DNA from: Gemmatimonadota bacterium
GTDB taxonomy: Bacteria; Gemmatimonadota; Gemmatimonadetes; Palauibacterales; Palauibacteraceae
DNA length: 64,000 nucleotides
Direction of reading: 5' to 3'
NCBI GenBank assembly: GCA_039584685.1
Contig: JBDGXI010000003.1
Span: forward strand, 10,556 to 74,555
Below the pieces are notes generated by a model. That model saw only the letters and a program-made list of their open reading frames with translations, searched no databases and was not told where the DNA came from. The number at the start of each line of letters is the position of its first letter. The first letter of the stretch is position 1. Positions 10,300-18,042 of this stretch are shown here, in pieces. The position numbers and the translations under genes are program-made.

Positions 10300-11825
10300 C
10301 GCGAGACTCCGGTCACGCGGGCTCTCACGATGGCCGCCTCGTCGAACGGTATCCGCTCACCGGCGATGTCCTGGTACGTCTCGTGTCCTTTCCCGGCCAG
10401 CACCACGACGTCGCCGGCACCGGCATCCCGCAAAGCAGCGTCGATCGCCTCTTCCCGGTCGAGTACCACCCGGTAGGAGCCGGGGGGCATGTCGCGTGTG
10501 ATGTCGGCGCAGATATCGGCCGGATCTTCGGACCTTGGATTGTCCGTCGTAATGAAGGCCAGGTCGGCGTAGCGCGCGGCTATCTGTCCCATCAGTGGGC
10601 GTTTGCCCCGATCCCTGTCCCCTCCGCACCCGAACACGATGTACAGGCCCCCGTCAGTCAATCCGGCCAGGGTCTCCAGCACCCTCGTGTACGCGTCCGG
10701 TGTGTGCATGTAGTCGCGGAGAACGAGTGCAGGTCGATCGCACAGCACTTCCATGCGGCCGGGAACCTGAGGCGCGGTAGCCAGTCGGTCGGCGGCCACA
10801 CCCGGCTCGACGCCCAGGGCGAGCGCCGCGGTCACTGCGGCCAGCGCGTTGTGAACGTTGAACTCGCCCAGCAGCGGCAACCGCACCGGCCACTTGCCCT
10901 CGCGAGTCACCAGGTCCCAGTCGCTCCCGGCCGCCGTATGGTGCACGGCCGTGGCACGGACCTCGGCCGAGCTTCCAAGTCCATATCGAACGACTCGTCG
11001 CCCGGCAAAGTCCGCCCCGGACCAGGCCTCGTCGTCGTCGTTCACGGCACACGTACCCTCGAGACGAACCTGGTCAGCGAGACGGAGCTTGGCCGTCCGG
11101 TACGCAGCCAGATCCGGATGATAGTCCAGGTGCTCCCGCGTGAGGTTCGTATATACGCCCACGTCGAACTCCAGGCCGGCGACCCGCCTCTGATCGAGAG
11201 CGTGCGACGATACTTCCATGGTCACGAAACGGGTGCCCTCATCCCGTAGCTCGCGGAGAGTCGCCATGAGATCGAGCGGGTCCGGCGTGGTAAGGCGGCC
11301 CGGATGCCGCTCGCCGGCCGTATCGAACCACCCGAGGGTTCCCAGGGCAGCCGAAGGTGCTTCCGCGGCCAGGATGTGTCGGGTGATCAGGGCGGTGGTC
11401 GTCTTGCCGTTGGTGCCGGTGATCCCCACGAGCGAGAGCCCGGTGGCCGGGTCGCCGTGCAGCATGGAAGCCGCGTGGGCCGTGGCGGCGCGCGTATCGG
11501 ACACCACCAGCTGGGGCAGATCCGTATCCGCCTGGGCCACATCGACCAGGGCCGCGACCGCTCCGGCGGTCGCGGCCCGTGCGACGAAAGCGTGTCCGTC
11601 GAACTCGGTCCCGCGCAGTGCGCAGAACAGGATACCGGGCTGCACCTCCCGGGAGTCCGTGACAACGCCGGCGAATCCGGGCGGAGGGGTTCCCTCCCAC
11701 CGCGGAGCCAGCCCGCGCTCCTGCAGTCTGCGTTCGAGGTCTCGTGTCTGTATCACACCCGGATTCGTTTCAGCATTCCTGTTGCTCGTGGCCTCGGCTA
11801 CGCCGACCGCAGGTTTTCGGCGCAT
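10296..11825 (-). CDS. murE: UDP-N-acetylmuramoyl-L-alanyl-D-glutamate--2,6-diaminopimelate ligase
   Basis: ORF 10296..11825 (-), 509 aa. ITGTNGKTTTALI, DNPRSEDP (MurE-specific motif). Confidence 0.9.
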   Translation of the reverse strand: MRRKPAVGVAEATSNRNAETNPGVIQTRDLERRLQERGLAPRWEGTPPPGFAGVVTDSREVQPGILFCALRGTEFDGHAFVARAATAGAVAALVDVAQADTDLPQLVVSDTRAATAHAASMLHGDPATGLSLVGITGTNGKTTTALITRHILAAEAPSAALGTLGWFDTAGERHPGRLTTPDPLDLMATLRELRDEGTRFVTMEVSSHALDQRRVAGLEFDVGVYTNLTREHLDYHPDLAAYRTAKLRLADQVRLEGTCAVNDDDEAWSGADFAGRRVVRYGLGSSAEVRATAVHHTAAGSDWDLVTREGKWPVRLPLLGEFNVHNALAAVTAALALGVEPGVAADRLATAPQVPGRMEVLCDRPALVLRDYMHTPDAYTRVLETLAGLTDGGLYIVFGCGGDRDRGKRPLMGQIAARYADLAFITTDNPRSEDPADICADITRDMPPGSYRVVLDREEAIDAALRDAGAGDVVVLAGKGHETYQDIAGERIPFDEAAIVRARVTGVSR

Positions 11826-11826
11826 G

Positions 11827-13809
11827 TCAACGCAGAAGGATGGTCGCGCCGCGCACTACTCGCGTTGCCGCCGCCGGCTCCTGCCGCGTCACCCGGCCGG
11901 AAGCCAGGAGCTCGACCCGCAGCCCCAACTCGTGAAGTCGGGCGACGGCGATTCGCGTCTCGAGTCCCTTCAGGTCTGGAAGCCTCAGCTTCCGCTCCAT
12001 GTCGCTCGCTCCGGCCGCTTGCTCGACGGCCGCCAGCCGATAGGGAGACTCCACATTCTGCTGCGCATCCCAATCGAGTCGGGCCCTGTTGCGAGCGGCC
12101 GCCCCCGTTTCGATCAGACCGAGCCCCCGCGTCGCGAGGATCGCCTGCACGACGGTACGCGTTACTGGAGCCGCCGTAAGACCCCCGTACACGGAACCCT
12201 GCGGATCCTCCAGCTTCGCCATGATCACGAGCCGGGGATCTTCCACCGGGGTGTAGCCGACGAAGGAATCTTCCACCGGGGTGTAGCCGACGAAGGACGC
12301 GGCGTAGCGTAGATTTGCATAGCCACCGTCCGACGCGATGCGGGCCGTCCCGGTCTTGCCCGCGATCTTGAGGGTCGCCAGGGAAGCCCCGGTGCCGGTC
12401 CCACCGTCCCCTACCGCGGCCTCCAACACGCCGGAGATCCGGCGCGCGGTGCTGCGGTCGATGACCCGACGAATCGGCTCAGGCTCGAGCCGCCAGCCCG
12501 ACGACTCCCCCTCGGTCCTGACTTCCCGCACCAGGGCCGGCTTCAGCAGGGTACCACCGTTGGCGAGCGCCCCGTACGCCATCACCAGTTGCAGGGAGGT
12601 CGTCAGCATCTCGTAGCCGATGGCGAGAGAGGCCTGGCTGAGGGCGGACCATCGATCCGGCCGACGGAGAAGGCCCGGAGACTCACCCGGAATCTCGATG
12701 CCGGTCGGCGTGCCGAAGCCGAAGTCGCGCAGATAGCGGTACTGTATGCCCGGTTGCAGACGATCCGAGAGCTTCGCCGCGCCGATATTGCTGGAGACCT
12801 GGATCACCTCGGCGACGCTGATCGTATCGTGCGGGTGCACGTCGGTGATCACCCTGTGCGCCGTCCGGTATTCGCCATGCTCCGCGTACACCCGGTCCTC
12901 GAGCCGGACGACACCCTCCCCGAGCAGGGTGGCGAGCAGAAACGGTTTGACCGTGGAGCCCGGCTCGTACGGCGACGTGAATGCAGGCACCGTTCCGGCG
13001 GCGCCCTCGCGGCGGGATGCGACCGCGAGGAGCTCTCCGGTCCTCGGATCGGCCATCAACACGTCCCCGCCGGACGACCCGGTCTGCTCCAACGCCACCT
13101 CCAGCGCCGCCTCGGCAATGGCCTGCAGGTTCGCATCGATAGTGAGATAGACGTCCCGACCGGACCTGGCGGGCGTCTGTGGACTCGCGGGAATCGGGTA
13201 CAGCTCGCCGCGGCCGTCGCGTCGCCCGACCAGCTCGCCGGGAGTGCCCCTGAGCAGTGTATCCAGGACGAGCTCGAGCCCCGATTGGCCTTGACCTTCA
13301 GTCGTCACCGTGCCCAGGAGGACTCGCGCCACCTCTCCTTCGGGATACACGCGCGTGAGGACCGGCTCGAATTCGACACCCGGGCCGACGGCCCGGGAAA
13401 GAGCCTCTCTCTGCCCCATCGAGACCTGCCCGATCGAGATCCAGCCGGTGGACCGGCTCGTCAATCGGCGCGCTTGCGAGCGTGACAGATCGAGAATCGC
13501 GGTAATGGCCTGGGCGTCGCGGCGGACATCAGCGGACTGTGCGGGAGCGAAGAACGCGCTGTATTCCTGTCGCGACAGGGCAAGGGCCTTACCGTTTCGA
13601 TCGTAGATCGCCCCCCGCACCGCAGGCAGCTCCACGGTCTCGGTCGTCTGGGTCCACGCCTGGGCCTGCCAGCGACCGCCCTGAACGATCTGGAGCTGAG
13701 CGGCGCGGCTTACGAACGCCGTGGCGAGAACGGCGAGCACGGCGGCGAACAACTGGGTCCGCCGCCCGTGGGTCTTCTTCGAGACCCTACGACGCTTGTT
13801 CGTTGCCAT
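11827..13809 (-). CDS. ftsI: peptidoglycan D,D-transpeptidase FtsI (PBP3)
   Basis: ORF 11827..13809 (-), 660 aa. N-terminal TM, transpeptidase motifs STVKP, SSN, KTGTA. Contains an in-frame 10-aa tandem duplication SFVGYTPVED x2 (see repeat feature). Confidence 0.9.
   Translation of the reverse strand: MATNKRRRVSKKTHGRRTQLFAAVLAVLATAFVSRAAQLQIVQGGRWQAQAWTQTTETVELPAVRGAIYDRNGKALALSRQEYSAFFAPAQSADVRRDAQAITAILDLSRSQARRLTSRSTGWISIGQVSMGQREALSRAVGPGVEFEPVLTRVYPEGEVARVLLGTVTTEGQGQSGLELVLDTLLRGTPGELVGRRDGRGELYPIPASPQTPARSGRDVYLTIDANLQAIAEAALEVALEQTGSSGGDVLMADPRTGELLAVASRREGAAGTVPAFTSPYEPGSTVKPFLLATLLGEGVVRLEDRVYAEHGEYRTAHRVITDVHPHDTISVAEVIQVSSNIGAAKLSDRLQPGIQYRYLRDFGFGTPTGIEIPGESPGLLRRPDRWSALSQASLAIGYEMLTTSLQLVMAYGALANGGTLLKPALVREVRTEGESSGWRLEPEPIRRVIDRSTARRISGVLEAAVGDGGTGTGASLATLKIAGKTGTARIASDGGYANLRYAASFVGYTPVEDSFVGYTPVEDPRLVIMAKLEDPQGSVYGGLTAAPVTRTVVQAILATRGLGLIETGAAARNRARLDWDAQQNVESPYRLAAVEQAAGASDMERKLRLPDLKGLETRIAVARLHELGLRVELLASGRVTRQEPAAATRVVRGATILLR
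12238..12297 (-). repeat. ftsI: perfect 30-bp direct tandem duplication (atcttccaccggggtgtagccgacgaagga x2) inside ftsI
   Basis: Two identical consecutive 30-mers read directly. In the ftsI frame they encode SFVGYTPVED twice. The region aligns with the conserved SF(I/V)G(F/Y)(A/T)P segment that follows the KTG motif of class B PBPs. Confidence 0.9.
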
Positions 13810-13829
13810 CCGTGTCGCCTCGCGTCATT

Positions 13830-14210
13830 TCACGGTCCGACGTCAGGAAGGTGCAGGACCTCATCATCCATGGCGGGCCGCATTCCGAAGCGGGCCGCCG
13901 CTACCAGGATTCGCTCTCGCGACGACAGCGAATCGACACGAACGAGCTCCTCGGACTGGCGAATCCTCAGCATCTCCTCTTCCCTCTGGAGCTCGTTGAT
14001 CGATTCGGCCAGTCTTCGCCCATCGGCCGTTCGATTCACCGATACGACCAGGGAGCCGATCACCGCGGACACGCAGCCCGCCACCAGCAGTTGCCGGCGC
14101 CTTGTTCCGGGCCTCGGGCGACGGCGCCCGTTGGAGCGGGACCGGCTGCCCCGCTTCGCGGATCCACTGCCGTCCCCGGAGCGGGGCTTTCGCGACCGCT
14201 TGCCCGTCAT
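13830..14210 (-). CDS. ftsL: cell division protein FtsL
   Basis: ORF 13830..14372 (-). Basic N-terminus, one TM (LLVAGCVSAVIGSLVVSV), coiled-coil LAESINELQREEEMLRIRQSEEL. I place the start at ATG 14208-14210 because it makes an ATGA overlap with the rsmH stop. The longer form would overlap rsmH by 165 nt. Confidence 0.7.
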   Translation of the reverse strand: MTGKRSRKPRSGDGSGSAKRGSRSRSNGRRRPRPGTRRRQLLVAGCVSAVIGSLVVSVNRTADGRRLAESINELQREEEMLRIRQSEELVRVDSLSSRERILVAAARFGMRPAMDDEVLHLPDVGP

Positions 14211-15145
14211 GCCCGAGCCCATCCGCGGAGCCTCGCGCTCCGCGCCCGTGGATTCGCGGCTACTTCCGCTTCCGACGGACGCAGAGGCTTCTTCGTCAGC
14301 CGGCGCCCCAGGGCCCGACCCCGGCACTTGCAGATCGGCCACTCCGGTGGGCAGACACATTCTCGACTCCACTCCCGGAACGTCTCTTTCACGATTCGAT
14401 CTTCCAGTGAGTGGTACGAGATGACGACCAGCCGCCCCTCCGTCGCGAGCAATTGCCCGATGGCTTCCAATCCCTCACGCAATGCTTCCAGCTCTTCGTT
14501 TACGGCGATCCGAACGGCCTGGAACAGGCGCGCCTTGTCCCTCTGGGCCAGGGGTCTCCGGAGCGCCGCCGAGGCAGCCGCGACGAGATCATCCGCGCTG
14601 CGCAGCGGTCGCTGCCCCCGGCGCCGGGCGATCTCCCGGGACATGGCCCGCCACTTCCTCTCCTCCCCGTAGTCCCGGAAGATCTTCCCCAGCTCTTCTT
14701 CAGACGCCGTGTTCAGCAAATCGGCCGCGGTTCTCCAACCACCGGTTGTCCCGCCCATCCGCATGTTTAACGGTGTGCCCCGGCGGAAGGAGAAACCGCG
14801 CGCCGTCGTGTCGATCTGGTGGGACGACACGCCCAGATCCAGCAGGGCTCCATCCAGACCGACGTCTATGTATTCCTCGACCAGCTCCGCAGCATCGCGG
14901 AAGTTCCCTGTCACCAAGCGTGCCCGATCTCCGAACACGGAGAGTCGCTTCCTGGCTGCGGCCACGGCTTCAGGATCCTGGTCCAGGCCGATCAGCGTCG
15001 CCGCTGGACTCGATTCCAGAATCCGTTCCGCGTGTCCCCCTCCGCCAACCGTGGCGTCGAGGAACTGCCCTCCCCGTTCTGGTTCGAGCAACCTCACCGT
15101 CTCATCCGCCATTACCGGGTGGTGCGAGAATGGCTGCCCACTCAT
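14207..15145 (-). CDS. rsmH: 16S rRNA (cytosine1402-N4)-methyltransferase
   Basis: ORF 14207..15145 (-), 312 aa. LDATVGGGGHAERIL (SAM-binding), DLGVSSHQID. The gene after mraZ. Confidence 0.9.
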   Translation of the reverse strand: MSGQPFSHHPVMADETVRLLEPERGGQFLDATVGGGGHAERILESSPAATLIGLDQDPEAVAAARKRLSVFGDRARLVTGNFRDAAELVEEYIDVGLDGALLDLGVSSHQIDTTARGFSFRRGTPLNMRMGGTTGGWRTAADLLNTASEEELGKIFRDYGEERKWRAMSREIARRRGQRPLRSADDLVAAASAALRRPLAQRDKARLFQAVRIAVNEELEALREGLEAIGQLLATEGRLVVISYHSLEDRIVKETFREWSRECVCPPEWPICKCRGRALGRRLTKKPLRPSEAEVAANPRARSARLRGWARA

Positions 15146-15175
15146 GTGTTCACCCCGGCCATTCCCGTCCGCCGA

Positions 15176-15607
15176 TCAGGCGAAGATGCCGGCCAGTCGA
15201 TCCCCGAAGTCGTCTCCCGTATCGGTCGTGACCTGAGCGAACCTCTCCGGATCCCAGATCTCGATCTTGTCTATCGCGCCCACTACCTGCGCCTCGTCGC
15301 GGATGCCGGCGCCGGTACGCAGTCGGTCAGGAATCAGAATGCGGCCTTGTTTGTCGGGTACGACCTCGATCGCGTTCGCGGTGAGGGCGAGCATGCGGTG
15401 CCGCGAGCGCGGAGCACTTCGCACGAGGGTGCGGAGGCGCTCCTGCACCTGGGTCCAGGTATCGTGCGGATACAGGGTGAGGGCATCGGGCTGAGCTTGA
15501 ATCAAGACGAACGACTGGGCCTCGCTGTCCCGGCGAAAAGCCGCCGGAAGCGTGACCCTGCCCTTCTCGTCTACCTGATACAGGTAGCTCCCGAGGTAGC
15601 CGCCCAA
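15176..15607 (-). CDS. mraZ: transcriptional regulator MraZ
   Basis: ORF 15176..15607 (-), 143 aa, TTG start. MGGYLGSYLYQVDEKGRVTLP and a second DKQGRILIP half, which is the duplicated MraZ fold. First gene of the dcw cluster. Confidence 0.9.
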   Translation of the reverse strand: MGGYLGSYLYQVDEKGRVTLPAAFRRDSEAQSFVLIQAQPDALTLYPHDTWTQVQERLRTLVRSAPRSRHRMLALTANAIEVVPDKQGRILIPDRLRTGAGIRDEAQVVGAIDKIEIWDPERFAQVTTDTGDDFGDRLAGIFA

Positions 15608-15640
15608 TTCGCACCGCCACTTTCACGCAGGAAGGAGATA

Positions 15641-15720
15641 TCCCCACAGTTCTCCACTTTTCCCCACAGGGCCCCATTTTATGTGTCCGATTCTCATAGC
15701 GCAACCCCGGTTCCCCACAG
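15641..15720 (-). promoter_or_regulatory. three identical TCCCCACAG 9-mers (CTGTGGGGA on the mraZ strand) in the mraZ leader; candidate MraZ operator
   Basis: Exact 9-mer at 15641-15649, 15661-15669 and 15712-15720 (spacings 20 and 51 bp). MraZ is known to bind direct GTGG(G)-containing repeats in its own promoter. No binding data are available for this lineage. Confidence 0.45.
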
Positions 15721-15739
15721 CGGCTCCCGGATGCCAGAA

Positions 15740-15768
15740 GCCCGGCGGAACACGTGGTTCCGCCGGGC
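15740..15768 (-). terminator. perfect 12-bp GC-rich hairpin (GCCCGGCGGAAC-acgtg-GTTCCGCCGGGC) downstream of the TPR gene
   Basis: Inverted repeat read directly. Lies between the TPR stop (15830) and the mraZ promoter region. U-tract weak (TTCTGG on the minus strand), so it is a hairpin-only terminator or an RNA structural element. Confidence 0.45.
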
Positions 15769-15786
15769 TTCACTTCGAGCGTCCCC

Positions 15787-15805
15787 GGGGGCCGAGGGCC
15801 CCCGT
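15787..15805 (-). terminator. 8-bp GC hairpin CGGGGGCC-gag-GGCCCCCG immediately after the TPR gene stop
   Basis: Perfect palindrome read directly. No U-tract. Confidence 0.3.
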
Positions 15806-15829
15806 CAGGTACCTACCGTCGGGGGGAGA

Positions 15830-17581
15830 TCAGCCTCCGCAGTTCTTTCGGATGATCTGCTCCTGCCGATAGATGTACACGTCAGTGCTCTCGCGGATCT
15901 GCGCCTGGCTCTGCGGCTGTTCGGCGCCGGCCCGGTCGAGGTTCGGGAGAACCTGCTGGAACTTCGACAGCGCGCGGCGGGCCGGCTGGCACGCCTCGTT
16001 CGCCTCGTTCGCCCCGTCGATCGATACCCCCTGCTGGTAGTAGCCGTAGGCCGTGAAGAAGTACAGCTGGTCTCTTACCCGGCCGGCGCTTGCCAGATCG
16101 GTGCCGACCTCGAACATCGCGAGCGCCTCGTCATACCGTCCGGTCTTGAAGAAGTCGTTGTAGCCGCGCGCCAGCAATTGGCCCGCCACCACCTCGACAT
16201 CCGCTCCCTGTGCGACCGCGGTTTCGAGGTCCGCCGTTCCTCCCTGCGAATCGCCGGAGCGAAGCTTCAGGAAGCCGCGCCTGAGATACGCGTTCGGGTA
16301 AGCCGGATCGAGTTCGAGCGTTCGATCCAAGGCCGCGACCGCGTCGTCGTACCTCTCCATGCGCCCGTAGATGTCGCTCCGGATCGACCACAGGCCGGCG
16401 TCCTCCGGCATCAGGGCCTGAGCCCGGTCCGCGAACGTGAGCGCAGCATCGAAGTCACCAAGTTCCAGGTTCGCGGCGATCACGTTGCGGAGAATCTCGG
16501 GATTCATGTCTTCTCCCTTGAGCTCCAGAACGTGGTCGTAGGCTTCGACCGCGAGTCGAACGGCCGCTTCGTCCGCTATGGCACCCGTATCCTCCATCGC
16601 GTCCTCCGCCGCCGTCGTGCCCTTCTTGAGCGCCACGTTGCCGAGGAACTCCCACAGCTCGGCGTTCGTCGAATCGATCGCGATACCTTCCTGCAGGAGA
16701 TCGATGGCCTCGTCCTCGCCGCCCGCCTGAGCGAGCTCGAAAGCGACCGTCATGCGAACGCTCGCATCCGCGGGATTGAAGTTCAGGTACTCCCGGTAGA
16801 GCTCGACCGCGCGCTCCATGTCGCCCATCTGGGCGTAGACGTACGCCAGGGCGTTCAGGGCATCTACCTCGGCCGGGTTCTTCTCGATCACGATCGCGAG
16901 GTCGTCCGCAGCCTCCGTCCAACTCTCCAGTCCCATGTACACGCGCCCGCGCAGGTAATGCCCGGTGGTGCTCTCGGCATTCGTGCTCAACGCCTCGTCG
17001 CAGTTGCGAAGAGCGTCGTCATACTGCTCGGCCGCGAGGTAGTCCTGGCAGAATAGAAGAGCACGCCGATAGTCCACCTGGTCGCTGAACGCGGTCACGA
17101 TCACGCCGGACGCCTGTCTCACGTCATCATTCCCGTCGCCGGGAACGATGAAGCCCGGCACGTCGACCTCGTCACCGCTCTTGGAATCTACGAAGCTGAC
17201 GCTGACCTCGTTCCCGCCCGCGGCAGAGGCGACACCGCCCGTCATCACGACATCCGCATTGAGACGTCCGGCGAGCTGTCTCCACTGGATGAGGCCGAGA
17301 TCCTCTTCCTTCAGCTTCAGCCGGCGCAGCTCATCCTTGACTTCGTTCCAGTCGATGGCGATGAGCGTCGGAATCTCCTCCAGGCCGTCCCGTACCTCTT
17401 CGGCGATCTTCTTGCCGAAGTCCTTTTTGACGGAACCGTCGACCTGCAGGGGAGCCACTAGCACCCGGGCTCGACCGCCCGCGCCGCCATCCTGTGCCAC
17501 GGCGGTGCCAGCGGCAAACACGAGTGAGGCAGCCGCAACGGCCAGGCCTTGCCCGCCCCAGTAACGAATCGCACGCTTCAT
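15830..17581 (-). CDS. secreted tetratricopeptide-repeat (TPR) protein
   Basis: ORF 15830..18031 (-), but the real start is the internal ATG at 17579-17581 (MKRAIRYWGGQGLAVAAASLVFAAGTAVAQ signal peptide, GAGGA SD 8 nt upstream). The upstream part of the ORF reads through the tRNA-Val gene. The body contains multiple TPR-like repeats (AEVDALNALAYVYAQMGDMERAVELYREYLNFNP...). Confidence 0.75.
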   Translation of the reverse strand: MKRAIRYWGGQGLAVAAASLVFAAGTAVAQDGGAGGRARVLVAPLQVDGSVKKDFGKKIAEEVRDGLEEIPTLIAIDWNEVKDELRRLKLKEEDLGLIQWRQLAGRLNADVVMTGGVASAAGGNEVSVSFVDSKSGDEVDVPGFIVPGDGNDDVRQASGVIVTAFSDQVDYRRALLFCQDYLAAEQYDDALRNCDEALSTNAESTTGHYLRGRVYMGLESWTEAADDLAIVIEKNPAEVDALNALAYVYAQMGDMERAVELYREYLNFNPADASVRMTVAFELAQAGGEDEAIDLLQEGIAIDSTNAELWEFLGNVALKKGTTAAEDAMEDTGAIADEAAVRLAVEAYDHVLELKGEDMNPEILRNVIAANLELGDFDAALTFADRAQALMPEDAGLWSIRSDIYGRMERYDDAVAALDRTLELDPAYPNAYLRRGFLKLRSGDSQGGTADLETAVAQGADVEVVAGQLLARGYNDFFKTGRYDEALAMFEVGTDLASAGRVRDQLYFFTAYGYYQQGVSIDGANEANEACQPARRALSKFQQVLPNLDRAGAEQPQSQAQIRESTDVYIYRQEQIIRKNCGG

Positions 17582-17603
17582 ATTTCGGTCCTCAGCTGTT
17601 CCA

Positions 17604-17634
17604 CTTCGAAAACGGGGCGCATTTTTCCCCGCGC
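17604..17634 (-). terminator. weak hairpin + T-tract after tRNA-Val (minus strand CGGGG-aaaaatgcg-CCCCG-TTTTCG)
   Basis: Read from the sequence. 5-bp stem only. Confidence 0.25.
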
Positions 17635-17692
17635 ACTCATTACGACACTCGATTGCGGCGGATTGTTCCTCGTTCCGCCGCCCCGTCACACA

Positions 17693-17767
17693 TGGGCGAA
17701 GCTGGATTCGAACCAGCGACCTCCTGCTTGTAAGGCAGGCGCTCTGGACCAACTGAGCTATTCGCCC
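17693..17767 (-). tRNA. tRNA-Val (anticodon TAC)
   Basis: Minus-strand 75-nt sequence GGGCGAATAGCTCAGTTGGTCCAGAGCGCCTGCCTTACAAGCAGGAGGTCGCTGGTTCGAATCCAGCTTCGCCCA folds as a cloverleaf. 7-bp acceptor stem GGGCGAA/TTCGCCC, D-stem GCTC/GAGC, anticodon stem CCTGC/GCAGG with loop CTTACAA (U33, anticodon TAC, A37), T-stem GCTGG/CCAGC with loop TTCGAAT. CCA is not encoded. Confidence 0.9.
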
Positions 17768-18042
17768 TCGCCGGCCCGGTCGCCTCGATCGGCGCGGAAT
17801 CCGAGAAGCAGTCCCGCGGGAATCAGTACCACGTATCCCGCGAACAGAAGAAGCGGCGCGAGGACGACCGAGCCTCGATCCAGGAGGAGATATCCAAACA
17901 AAATGACCACGGCTCCGACTGCAAGGAGAGCCGCGTTTCTTCTCCCCAGCAAGCCGAACAGCCGTGGACGGTGAGCGCCGTCGCCGGCTTCGCCTCCGCG
18001 GTTCCCGTTCATCGCGGAAGGATACCCCCAAATCGAATTCAA
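17758..18042 (-). CDS. small membrane protein (2 predicted TM helices), hypothetical
   Basis: ORF 17758..18042 (-), 94 aa. Two hydrophobic helices (LLAVGAVVILFGYLLL, VVLAPLLLFAGYVVLIPAGLLLGF). ATGA start overlap with the stop of the upstream HExxH protein. Its last codons overlap the 5' end of tRNA-Val by ~10 nt. Confidence 0.5.
   Translation of the reverse strand: MNSIWGYPSAMNGNRGGEAGDGAHRPRLFGLLGRRNAALLAVGAVVILFGYLLLDRGSVVLAPLLLFAGYVVLIPAGLLLGFRADRGDRAGEGE

Noticed and set aside
13830-14372. Long form of FtsL with a 54-aa RS/G-rich N-terminal extension.
   Set aside because: It would overlap rsmH by 165 nt. The internal ATG gives a canonical ATGA coupling and a normal-sized FtsL.
14819-17056. 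745-aa plus-strand ORF.
   Set aside because: Antisense to rsmH, mraZ and the TPR gene. No motifs. Same high-GC artefact.
17582-18031. N-terminal 150 codons of the 733-aa TPR ORF.
   Set aside because: This stretch reads straight through the tRNA-Val gene (the translation contains IAQLVQSACLTSRRSLVRIQL, which is tRNA sequence). The real protein begins at the internal Met with a signal peptide and an SD.
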